DNA of 62,428 nt, counting the filler, from Choristocarpus tenellus KU-1152 (taxonomy: Eukaryota > Protista > Phaeophyceae), in the NCBI GenBank assembly GCA_964200185.2. It is 10 parts of 10 records of this genome, joined end to end, with 100 filler letters (N's around TTAATTAATTAA, not from the genome) between each part and the next. Parts side by side here need not be neighbours in the genome. Positions count along the whole stretch, not along the records: positions 40,139 to 52,400 come from CAXNAD020001903.1; positions 52,501 to 56,668 come from CAXNAD020015878.1; positions 56,769 to 62,428 come from CAXNAD020010096.1; 7 more parts are not named here. One strand, 5' to 3'. Below, one piece after another: positions 52,206-62,428 of this stretch. The position numbers were made by a program, and so were the translations under genes. The notes beneath the pieces were generated by a model. It worked only from the letters and a program-made list of their open reading frames with translations, was not told the DNA's origin and did not search any database. How positions within the stretch are numbered: position 1 is the stretch's first letter; the number at the start of each line of letters is the position of its first letter.

Positions 52206-52384
52206 GGGTCAAAGTATCTGGGGGTGGCGGGGGTGGTTTGTGAGGGGGCGTCCGTTTCGGTCAAATAACTTTTTTTTGCCGACATTTCAAATCTGACACG
52301 TGCGACCGAATCACACCAAAAAAGTGAAAATCGAAAAAAGGGTGAAAATTGGACGCCCGCACCCCCCCCCGTATACTTTTACCC
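52206..52384. mobile_element. MITE family B (179 bp), inserted in the Gypsy integrase zinc finger
   Basis: GGGTCAAAGTATCTGGGGG...CCCCCGTATACTTTTACCC with 4-bp TSD TGTC/TGTC. Removing it restores GHLALKHT. Confidence 0.9.
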
Positions 52385-52626
52385 TGTCCTTAGGCCTTAC
52401 NNNNNNNNNNNNNNNNNNNNNNNNNNNNNNNNNNNNNNNNNNNNTTAATTAATTAANNNNNNNNNNNNNNNNNNNNNNNNNNNNNNNNNNNNNNNNNNNN
52501 TACTATTTCTTCCCTCCTCCCCCCCCCCTCTTCCCACCCCCTCTCCCCCGCACCTACTCTTGTGTGTGTGTGTTTTCCACCATGTTTTTATTTCACTCTT
52601 CTTCTTTTTTTCTTTTTTTTAAACAG

Positions 52627-53640
52627 GTACAGTCTGTTGATGTTGTCGTATACAATGGTTGAGAGACAGCGAGGCAAAGTACGCGTTCGTGTGGAAGGGT
52701 CACCCTGGTCTCCTGTCTTTGGCTTGGACCAGGTGCAGTTTTGTGGGGGGGATTATTTTTTTATTGTATGGGAGTTGTGTTGTACCATAGATACGGTATA
52801 TTTATTTTGGTTGGCGTAAGTATAACCCAAGCGCGGTTGTTATTATTACTATTATTATTATTATTATTATTATTGTACCTTTAAGGGGTGTGTTTTCTGA
52901 CTGTTGTGCTTCTAACTATTTAAGTTGCAATCCTAAGCCCTAACCCCAAGGTCTAGTCTTATTTGGGGGGGGGGGGGGGGGGGGGGGAGGGACAGGGGGG
53001 TGGGGGTGGGGGGACGGAGGGGGCGCAAANNNNNNNNTGGGGGGGGGGGGGGGGGGGGGGGGGAGGAAGGCTCAAGCGGTTACGGGTTGTACGACGACGA
53101 GCTAGCTAACTAGATGCAAAGGCTGATCTCTTATGTACTGAACGAGTCTTCTCATTGGCTGATCCTCCATCGCCGTAGTCAAAATGTTTGTTGAATAATA
53201 ATAATAATAATAATAACAACTACCTTGGATCCTGACAATAATAATAACAACAATAAGAGAGGAGGTTTATAACCCTCACAACAACACAACATTTGGTGTT
53301 TCCAGCGAGGGGATAATGGACTGGACCTATCTATCTAGAAGATCTATCCCTAGCTGAATCTAGAAGAGTTCATTCTTCTTCTTTTTTCCCCCTTTTGATG
53401 GTAACTTTCAAGGGGTTTGCCTTTTTTTTATTGGATTTTTTTTTCTTTTCCTTTGTGACTATACGTTTTGTGACCGTCAAACACCCTAACCCTAAGTTGT
53501 CTGTTGTTGTCATGGTATTGATGTCACATCTTCACATCCCGTGCTGTTGTGCAAACACTCACCAAGCGTGTTCAGTTATTGTGGAAAGTAGTAAGTTTAG
53601 CTGATAAGATTTACTCTACTTTTTTGTTTGTTTCTATAAC

Positions 53641-53674
<34 letters not shown>

Positions 53675-56001
53675 ACCCAATCAAATAAATTTTTTTTTTG
53701 TTTTTTTCATANNNNNNNNNNAAGGGTTTTTGTTTTTTTGGAGAAAGAAGAGTTTTGTCCTTAAATCTTTCTTTCCTTTTTTTTTTTTTTTTTCTACCCC
53801 CCCCCCCCCCCCCCCACGCACACTTGTAATCAACAATATCCTTTTGTCTTGTTGCTTCTGCAAGAGTCAACTCCTAGCGATTAGCGGGTAAGTACACCCA
53901 TTGCTTATCATCTATCTACCCATCAAATTAAGTGGGCACTGCAAAACCACATGCAAATGTAGCAAACAGTGCATAGACCAAAGACACAACTGGACGTGCA
54001 CCACACCACGCCTGAGCCCTAACCCTAATCCTAATCCTAACCCACCCTCTCTCACCCCAGCCAATTCAGTAAGATCAAAGCAAAATGATGAGCACTCCTA
54101 CTCCTACTCCTATTATTTATTTATTTATTTTTATTTTGCCTGTTTTTTGAAAACTTCCTCTTCCTCAGGCTGGCACCGAAGGGGCTGTAGAGGTGAAAGG
54201 AAAGGTAGGAAAGGCCTGGTCAAATCTCTTGGGGAGGTGGGGAAAAGGAACAAAAGCAGGGATTGACCTGAGAGAGGTGGGCTGGGGGAGACAGGTGTTT
54301 GGGTTGGGTGTCAGTATCAAGATGGCCCCAACTCCCTTTCAACGTACTAAGGTCAGTGTGTTTGTGTGTGTGTTTGTGTGTGTGCGTGTGTGTGTGTGTA
54401 TGTGTGTGCGTGTGTTTGAGGATAAACTGATGCCACACGGGTATGTATGAGGTATGTATGAGGTATGTGTGTGTTCAGTTCCTTGTGAGGGGAGCTTGAG
54501 TGAAGTTCAAGTCAGTTCACTTTTTGAATTGGTCGCCGTATGGACATTTCAGTCGAGATTGTGGTCTTCACATCCATTTACACCTCCCTTTTCATGGCTA
54601 CCATTGTTGATTACTATTTTTTCTTGCAATCAATGCTTTTTAAAAGGTCAATCACTCCCATCCTCCTTCCAATATATACAAAAAATAAATCCTTGCCCCT
54701 GTCGCACATCACTCTCTATATATATATGTACATCTATCTATCTATCTATCTATCTCTCTCTATATATATACATCTCTCTTTACTTTGTACGATACCCTCC
54801 ATGCTGTTCACTATGTCCACTAGCTTCCCTTGACCTAGCCCCTGCACACAACACACATACAACAGCCATTGTCCATGACGTGGAAAGCCCCAAAAAGCAT
54901 TGTTGATTGTTAAAATCGTTGCGACTGACTTGCTCTACCCTTTCCACATCTGAAGTCTGATAAAAAAATAAATATATATATATATATATAAATAGGATGT
55001 TACAGCTGCCCCTTTACTAGTATGTACGAAGGCGGGCTATAGCAGTAATCAGGAAAGAAACCCACCGGTAGGGTATGCAGTAGCATTAGCAGCAGTGTTC
55101 TTTTTAGGTCTCCTTTGCCTTGCTCCCTCCTTGCAGTGGCCTTTGTCTCATTCCTTTGTCTCATTCCTCCAAGAATTGTGTGGTACATACAATTTGGTTG
55201 TGTTTTTCATGCCCTTCCTTGGTGCAGATCTTCGTCTCTCATAACGAGTTTTAAATATCCAAATGGTGTAGAAACCCCCAAGTGTGGCGGGTGCCCTCGC
55301 ATATCAAATACAATCCTTCTAATATATACATATTATATGTATATATATATTATTTTTTTTAATGTATGCACTGCTGTACCTGTATCTCCCCAAAAAAAAA
55401 TTACCAGGATAGCTTGTTCGTCCACTCTTGTGACTACTTCACTCTTGCTGTCCAAATGTACAGAGAGTGCATGAGTATGCACTATAGGTGTCTGTGTCTC
55501 CTGCCCCCCCTTGCATTTTAGTCTCTTTTTTTTTTCTCTCTGAGTGCCTTACTCCCCTCTGTCTTGTGTGCATGAGTACCTAACTTGTACGTGTACCAAG
55601 TATGTGTATGTATATGTGTATGTATGTATAAGTGTGTATGTATATGTGTATGTGTGTATAAGTGTGTATGTATATGTACACAGTATTGTATTGTTTTGGA
55701 AGATAATATGATACCTGAATACTTAGGAACCCTCAAGTGCATCTGGTTGTGTGCATTTGTGCCTGTGTACATGCTCACGTGAACACGCCTCCTTTGTCTT
55801 TAGCCTTACATATCGCCTTGAATATTGATGCAATGCACTGCATCTGGGAACATGTCAACATGTGAATGAACATGTGAATGAACATGTGAATGAACATGTC
55901 AGGTGATTGCATTGACTCCTCGGTGCACTCTGTTGAACTATTTGGGCAAAGCTATTGAGGTGCGTCAGGCCTGGACTGGCCACGGACTGGAACCTCTCAA
56001 G
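52627..56001 (+). CDS. VPS13: VPS13-family lipid transfer protein, internal exons of the VAB/SHR-binding domain: 52627-52732, 54169-54351, 55903-56001
   Basis: Spliced frame KVRVRVEGSPWSPVFGLDQ|AGTEGAVEV...VFGLGVSIKMAPTPFQRTK|VIALTPRCTLLNYLGKAIEVRQ fits the VAB repeat pattern (WS.xFxLD.xG, LGVS...F.RTKVVxxxPR...N). GT-AG, phase 0. Confidence 0.82.
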
Positions 56002-56127
56002 GTGGGTTCGGAGTTCACACAATAACAATAAGGCGTTATTGTGTGCTTGAACGTTGTTGAGGTTTTGACCTGAAGCAATGCATGCTTTGGAAGCAGAAGG
56101 TGGTTCAGAATAGACACCGTGAAGAGA

Positions 56128-56320
56128 TTATTATTATTATTATTATTATTATTATTGTCATTATTATTATTGTCATTATTATTATTGTCATTATTATTAT
56201 TATTATTATTATTGTCATTATTATTATTATTATTGTCATCATTATTGTTATTATTATTGCCATCATTGTTATTATTATTATTTTCATTATTATTGGTATT
56301 ATTATTATTGTCATTATTAT
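56128..56320. repeat. (ATT)n/(AAT)n microsatellite, intronic
   Basis: Long interrupted TTA run. Confidence 0.95.
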
Positions 56321-57082
56321 GCGAAAGTTTCTCCTTGGCCCTCCCCGAACCTTTCAGCTGCTCGATGATGTCCCCCACCTTCACTCATGGAAGAGTGTCT
56401 GTGTACCTGTGTGATTTGCAAGAGTTAAATCGGAGGTGTCCTTTGGACCATCTATGTCCTTTGGACCATCAATGTCACGTTGTTGGGGAGATGACCTATA
56501 AGATAGATGCCTAACCCCAGTACCCAGGTTTGAATTACAATATCTCATCTGCAACTCTACTGAAGTGCATACAACGATCTTTGATATAGTACTAATGCAT
56601 TATTCACAGGGTGTAGCAACATTACATAGGTGCCTCCTGATCACTTTTGTATCAGCTCCCCTTCCCCCNNNNNNNNNNNNNNNNNNNNNNNNNNNNNNNN
56701 NNNNNNNNNNNNTTAATTAATTAANNNNNNNNNNNNNNNNNNNNNNNNNNNNNNNNNNNNNNNNNNNNCTTAGGGTTGTCAAGAGGGGGGGGGGGAGGGG
56801 GGGGTTGGCGGAGTATCAGCTCTTCGAGAGGTGAACACTCTCAGCTATGTGTGGGCACAATTGGCCCTATGAAACAATGTTCCTCTTGTGTGTAAGGGAT
56901 TGTCTCTTTGATACTGTGTGATTGATCGTTATTGCAAACATTCCTCACAATACTTTGTTGGAAGGCGGTAAGCAATGGGCAAGCTGTTTCTTTTTTTATT
57001 TTCTGGTCATATTTTGTATATATTGTGGTACAATTCACTGCCTTCCCCTGTGTTAACACTTTCTTTTTTCTGTTTCAGTGTT

Positions 57083-57394
57083 TTTGTCCAGCGATCAATG
57101 TAGCTTGGAATAAGGCCTGCTATTACTGTCGTACTTTGTCCAGCAATCAATGTGGCTTGGAATAAGGCTTGCTATTGCTGCTGTACTTTGTCCAATAATT
57201 AACGTAGCTTGGACTAAGACCTGCTATTGCTACTGAACTTTGTTCAATAATCAATGAAGCTTGGAATAAGGCTTGCTATTGCTGCTGTACTTTGTCCAGC
57301 AATCAATGTTGGTTGGGATTTGGCTTGCTATTGCTGCTGAACTTTGTCCAACAATCAATGTAAGTTGGAATAAGGCTTGCTATTGCTGCTGAAC
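57083..57394. repeat. 52-bp minisatellite, 6 copies
   Basis: TTTGTCCAGCAATCAATGTAGCTTGGAATAAGGCTTGCTATTGCTGCTGTAC units start at 57083, 57135, 57187, 57239, 57291 and 57343. Confidence 0.93.
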
Positions 57395-60144
57395 CTGGAT
57401 GAGATTTTTTGTACAGTGTTGTTTGAAGCATATCTACTATTTTTGTTTTGGGGATTCGATGGATGAAAGGAAGGTCAACCGTGTGCCCTGTGCAATCGGG
57501 ATGCTTGAGTCTACCATGCCAATTAGAATCAATTGTGTTCACAAGGGGGCACGTTGACCCCCCCATTGAGGGTGAAGAGATAGTGTCAATGATAACAGGA
57601 CTGTTGTCTTTTCTTTTGATACCCGGAGTGTGTTGGTTGTCCCTCCTCATGACAACATGCTCTACAATATAATATCAGTCGGACATTAATTAGTACATTT
57701 TTCTTCACATGGGCAGAAACTAGTAATGGCCTGCTGCAGGGTGCTTGTCCTGTACAGCAGTTGTTTTGTGTTTCACATGGCAATATTTGCACACCTTGAG
57801 GGGCTTGCAGGGAGATGGATGTTGTGGTTCAGCTATTAGCGAAGTTGTCCTATCTTGGGGCGGATGGGTTCTGTGAAGTACATCCTAGTCCAGAGTACAT
57901 AGTACTATTATTACCTTTTGATTAGATGTGACTTGCTGCATGGTTAGGGTTAGGTCAAGGGTTAGGGGTAGGGGACATGGTCGAGAAGCAAGAATACCCA
58001 GTACCCAGTATGTGTGTCACTTTTGCCCTGTATTATCTCTACCGAGGTAGTGCTCATCTCCAAGATCAGGAGGTGGGGGAAGGGGAGTAAAGACACTTTA
58101 TGAAGGGTTGGAGGATAGGATATGTCCGTCCTGGGTGAGTTTGTAGTAGGTAAGAGCGAATCCTTTTCAAGGAGCTTCGTCCTTAGGATGAGTGTGAAAA
58201 GTCGTAAAAATCGTGTTCCTTGTGAGAAAATTTGGCAGGGACAGCTTCTCAATGTTGGCAATCCACCACTTGCAGGTCCATTACAGTGCCAATCAGAAGA
58301 CTATCCAGCGTTTCTATTGTGTACAAGGCCCTGCCATACACGCTTCGAAGTATTATGTATATATTGTGAGAGCTGTGTGTGGGAACATTGTAAAGCAATA
58401 CACTCCCTTTCATGCTGTTGTGCCCTTTGTATCGTCTAGTTCGTATATTGCTTTCTTGTCAGCCCTTTTCTCGGAAAAGGTCAGTAGGCAGAGAGTCGTG
58501 TACTCAGGAATAATATTAGTGATGCACGACGTTCTGTACATACACACATAAATATGCCGACTAATCCAGGAATATGAATAAAAGGTAGGAGTTCCTACTA
58601 CAGGGGTTCTAGTAAGCTCCCTTGTTCCCTTGTTTTTAAATGCCGAACTCTTTAGAATTGTTAGTATCATAATATTGCGGTATTCTGCTGGGTTCTTCAC
58701 CTTTTTTTGCAGACTGTTGCACTCCTATCGTGTTTCAGGTTCTCTATGCTGTATGTTTCTCTTTCTCCTACATGGCAACAGTGTTTTTTTTCTGTCATAG
58801 GTATCGTAGTCTATTTCTACACACATTTCTACAGTCCATGCAATTACCGATTTGAGTGCAAGTGCAAGAATTGTTTTTCGACAACCTCGGAAAGGCGATT
58901 CAGGACATTGCTGAGGCTCTATCACACAGACAGACCTTTTGTCTTGGCCCTGATAAAGTCACTCCCCACTGTTACCATGGTATGTCTAGTGAGGAGGAAG
59001 ATGGGTAATCGATGCAGTGATGTATCCAGGCTACAACAGCCTGGTGGCATGGTTCAGGGCTCTTGTTGGAGATAAGAGAGAAAATAGAGCCATTTGAGTG
59101 CAGCTCAAGGCACTCAAATCTATCGAAGGGAGGCCATTCCTCCACCCACAGAGTATAAGAGAGAGGAGGGGGCGAGGGAGTTGACATTTCATGGCGCCAG
59201 ATTCTAGTCCTTCCTGCAGGTCTCTGAAGTGAGAAGGCCAATCATGGTGGGGAGGGTATGACTGCTGCAGTGAGTGGGGTATCTGTGGGTCACATGACCA
59301 GTCAACCTTTAGCCTCAATTGTCAACTAAGATGACAGAGGTATTACACACCTTCTACATCTAAGTGCATTCAGGATGATCGTGATTTGTGAAGGTGGTCT
59401 GGTCATTTGACCATGTCAGAGTTGAAGATGGAGACCGAATTACCTCTCAATGTGACCATAGACACCATGCACATCTGGGTCCTGGACCACAACCACAACT
59501 AGACAGTTTCTTTACATTGGAGACACCATCAGTGATGAAGCTGCCTGTCAGACACCCTGACTACCTTTCGACCAGAGTCTTAAATAGAAATATTTCCACA
59601 GCCTGGTTGCCTACTCATCCAACAATTTCCTGAAATATGAAATTCATTTGGAAGCACATGTGTGATGTATGAAGGTTACGGAAGAGTATGTAGAAAATCC
59701 CACGAATGATAATTTTATATGCCTCCGAAGGTGTAAACCCCCTTTTTTGGTTCTTTTCTGGTATGTTGGGAATAGATAAAGAAACGCGTGGCACAGTGCA
59801 AAGGCTCAATCAACATGGCCTGTTCTGGTCAACAACAGTGATACGCAACACTGCCTCTCAAAAGGGAAAGGTATTGTACTCGCACTACTTCGTGCAAATG
59901 CTGTGCTGGTGACCCTTCCGTGTGACTCTGGCATGCGTCGACAATATGTGTACGCGCGTTTATATCTTGCGCTTGAAAAAGTAAGGTTGCTTGTCACGTA
60001 TCTGTAAGTATATATTATGCTGAAGCATGGGAAAGCACAAAAACCCTCTACCGCTAGAACATTATGTGGGTATGAAGGGTGACTTCATGTGTTTAATATC
60101 AGAAAATTCCTGTCCCATTCACTTGCAAATATGTAATACTACTA

Positions 60145-61687
60145 CTACCTCCCTGCATTAAGTCTGTGCCATGTTGTTCATAACTTTTGAAGATGATGAA
60201 ATTCATTTCTGAAAGATTTGTAACCCTTGATAAAATTCTAGTTAGAGTCAGCTCTTTTTATTATTATTACTCCCCATACATCACAATATTATCAGCCACA
60301 GAAAAAGCCTCCATGTCTACCTTCTGCATGTTTTCAAGCTAGCCAGACTACTGCCTCTTCCTTATTCCTGTATGCTCCGCACTGAAGTCATTCCCCCCTT
60401 TCTACCTAAGTACTTGATTGTACACCACAAAAAGGAGCTGCCAGGCCCTCTCAAGTATGGTTTCATCATACTCCTCATACTGTTTCTTAATGACCTTCAC
60501 CATCTCCTCGACAGACCCAAACCACTCCCTCATCACCCGGCATTTCAAAGACCTGAAGAAGCACATGTCCACGATATTTAGGTCGGGGGAGTTAGATGGC
60601 TGAGTCACAAGCCTAATCGACCACCCCTCAGTCTTCCCTGCCCCCGACAAGATTTCTGAGTTGCCCTTGCCCATGTGGGGGGTGGCACCGTCTTGCTGAA
60701 TGACAACTTGCTTCCCCTGCAACCAAGGCATCTTGGTCTTGATTGCAGGCAGTAACTCCTCCGTGTACGACTTGCTGTACCACACATGGTCTAAAGTACA
60801 GTCCTGCTCATACACATTCCCCTTTTCATGGTTCTTGCTTGTCCTGTCTGCCGTTTTTGGCGCACACACACGCCAAACACCAAGCTTTCCATCAAAGCTG
60901 TGAGCCGAATCTGGGCGGGCATTGGTGCAATGATCATGGTTTGGGGATATGACTCTTGTGCTGCACAGTAGGGGACCCTGGAAGGTGGCTATCATCCTCA
61001 TGCGGAGATACCCTAACCCTTTCCCCACCAGCCATCACGTAAAACCAGGTTTCAGCCACATGGATCGTGTTTGCCATGGAGGCGTACACACCACGTTTCC
61101 TGTCCACTTGATCGCAAAAAAAGTCCATTTTTCATACCTTTTGCCATGGTTTAAGCTTGGGTTTGATCCAGCAGCCATTCAGTATGGCCCCCATATTATC
61201 TACCACCTGTTTATGGCGCTCATGCTATAATTCAGCCCCTTGGCGACCATCTTCATTGTCACCTGACGCACTATGGATGACCGATTCTCAGAGTTGATAC
61301 TATGTATTGCGGTCATCAGGCCGGCCCAATGTGTCGAGGCAGTTTATGCTTACCAGGGACCATCGCGTGGGCGTGCTGCACTACAAGTGCAACCCTGGTA
61401 TTCAGGGACACTTGGGCACCCTTCCTACAAGGGGGTGTTGGTGGGAGGGTTGCCATGCCCACGTTCTGACCCAAGATGTGCCCAGTTCTGCGCTCAAAAT
61501 CACCCCAAAAAGATCCCTACTTTGATGACTTGAAAAAACTCGAGTTTGTAACTGATGATCCTCGACACCCACCTTTTCTGAGAGCTGAGATTGTCAACCC
61601 GATTTCATTCTGTAGGTTTATCGTCCGATTCAGCGCCGTTCTCGCTTGGCGAACCCAGATGTATCTCGGCATAAACTTATGGCACAC
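60145..61687 (-). mobile_element. Mariner-like (plant-mariner/DD39D-related) DNA transposon with frameshifted transposase
   Basis: IHVAETWFY, VQHKSHIPK, FDGKLGVW, IQQDGATPH, QPSNSPDLNIVD, LERAWQLL. TA precedes the left terminus CTACCTCCC...TCTGTGCCAT. The right terminus is truncated after ATGGCACA. Confidence 0.88.
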
Positions 61688-62428
61688 CCTGGACAGGATA
61701 ACACAGCACACTACCGTGGAATGGGGGGACAGGATAACACACCACCCAAGTTTGCAGCCGCCGCCCCCTCCAAATGTCTCTGGGTACCGTTATGGGAAAA
61801 CTGAAGCTATCACACAGTTCTCCTTTGTGCGATTGAGGGTGATCAAAGACCAGAGGTACCCTCTACGTTTCCCAAGTGTATATACAAAACAATTTCTTTT
61901 AAATTTCCTATTTCCGTAGGTCTATGGAACGTGCACAAAAAACGTTAATACGTTTCCCCACCAAAAAGGTGATGTTTTCTCAATCGTCATATGGGTAGGT
62001 CTATACTGACAGTCATACAAACAGAAGTAATTTTGATTTTGATGGTGGTGATTAGAGTCAGGGGTGTGTTTTGAATGGGAAGAGGGGTTAAAAATGGCAA
62101 CTACAATGATCCTCTCCAACACAATAAGAAGTCGTCCTTCCATGAGATCTGAGAGTTTCTCTCTGCTTCTCAAAAACTATACCCCTGTACCCCTCAACTA
62201 TTACCTCGACTTGATCACATGATCAACGGATTTTTCTAATCATCAAAAGAGTTCTGATCTCTCCATACTCCATAGAACCTTCTGCTTCTGTCTTGTTGGA
62301 TCATTGTATCATACTCTACAATAACAGTGGATTTCAAAAATTGAGGATGGAGCGTACTATGGAGGATAGGTTTGACCCAAAATTGACTGGGAAAAAGTGC
62401 CGATATGTTTTTTTTTGTAAATGTTGCG

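Larger units (their letters stand above)
49971..52400 (-). mobile_element. 3' part of a degenerate Ty3/Gypsy element with chromodomain-bearing integrase
   Basis: GHLALKHTSDRIRDRF*WP zinc-binding motif; RPFQKVTIDL, AVDHLT, LHSDPG, TTPYRPQG..ER; GPY motif (LLSPWRGPY); chromodomain YFAEGIADH...YRLRFRGF....DVW (50943-51335); followed by the 3' LTR. Confidence 0.9.

Noticed and set aside
54016-54044. CCCTAA/TTAGGG-like runs (also ~32686 and ~57943) as telomere
   Set aside because: Only 3-4 degenerate internal units, so not a chromosome end.
55965-56514. Poly-Asn, poly-Ile and poly-Leu ORFs
   Set aside because: These are translations of an (ATT)n microsatellite in a VPS13 intron.
4783-56768. Recurrent TTAATTAATTAA palindrome as a biological motif, and apparent clustering of purine permease, FolD and FNIP genes
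   Set aside because: The motif is always centred in 44+44 Ns, so it is an artificial linker. The genes sit on different contigs, so no gene cluster can be inferred.
57083-57394. CRISPR-like array
   Set aside because: Units are contiguous with no unique spacers, there are no cas genes, and the context is eukaryotic.
60145-62428. Fanzor/TnpB cargo in or next to the mariner element
   Set aside because: No RuvC or zinc-finger motifs or additional long ORF were seen, and the element is filled by the transposase remnant.

Overview
Eukaryotic, intron-rich and repeat-rich genomic DNA, most likely from a photosynthetic stramenopile. A brown alga or close relative is inferred from the signal-peptide+AF plastid presequence, the WP-type FNIP repeats and the transposon types. 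The window is not continuous: nine identical 100-nt linkers (44 N + TTAATTAATTAA + 44 N) join separate contigs, so adjacency across them is unproven and several genes are cut. Host genes read from splice-consistent exons: a complete 7-exon, divergent AzgA/AZG-type nucleobase permease (19831-28755, -); 5' parts of FolD/MTHFD and of a plastid-targeted At1g16080-like Rossmann protein; three VPS13 VAB-domain exons; a Cys-rich repeat gene that looks disrupted; an unknown gene with IQ-like motifs; and an intronless 491-aa FNIP/IP22 repeat protein with 17 perfectly phased 22-aa repeats and a hypervariable two-residue position. Mobile DNA: three decayed Ty1/Copia elements, a chromodomain Ty3/Gypsy remnant, two mariner-like copies (DD40D spacing), two RLE-type non-LTR fragments, and two related MITE families with GRG...CYC ends and mostly 4-bp target duplications (Sola2-like) nested in the other elements. 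The strongest candidates for novelty are the variable FNIP repeat array and the Sola2-like MITE system. All family assignments are from motif recognition; no database search was run.
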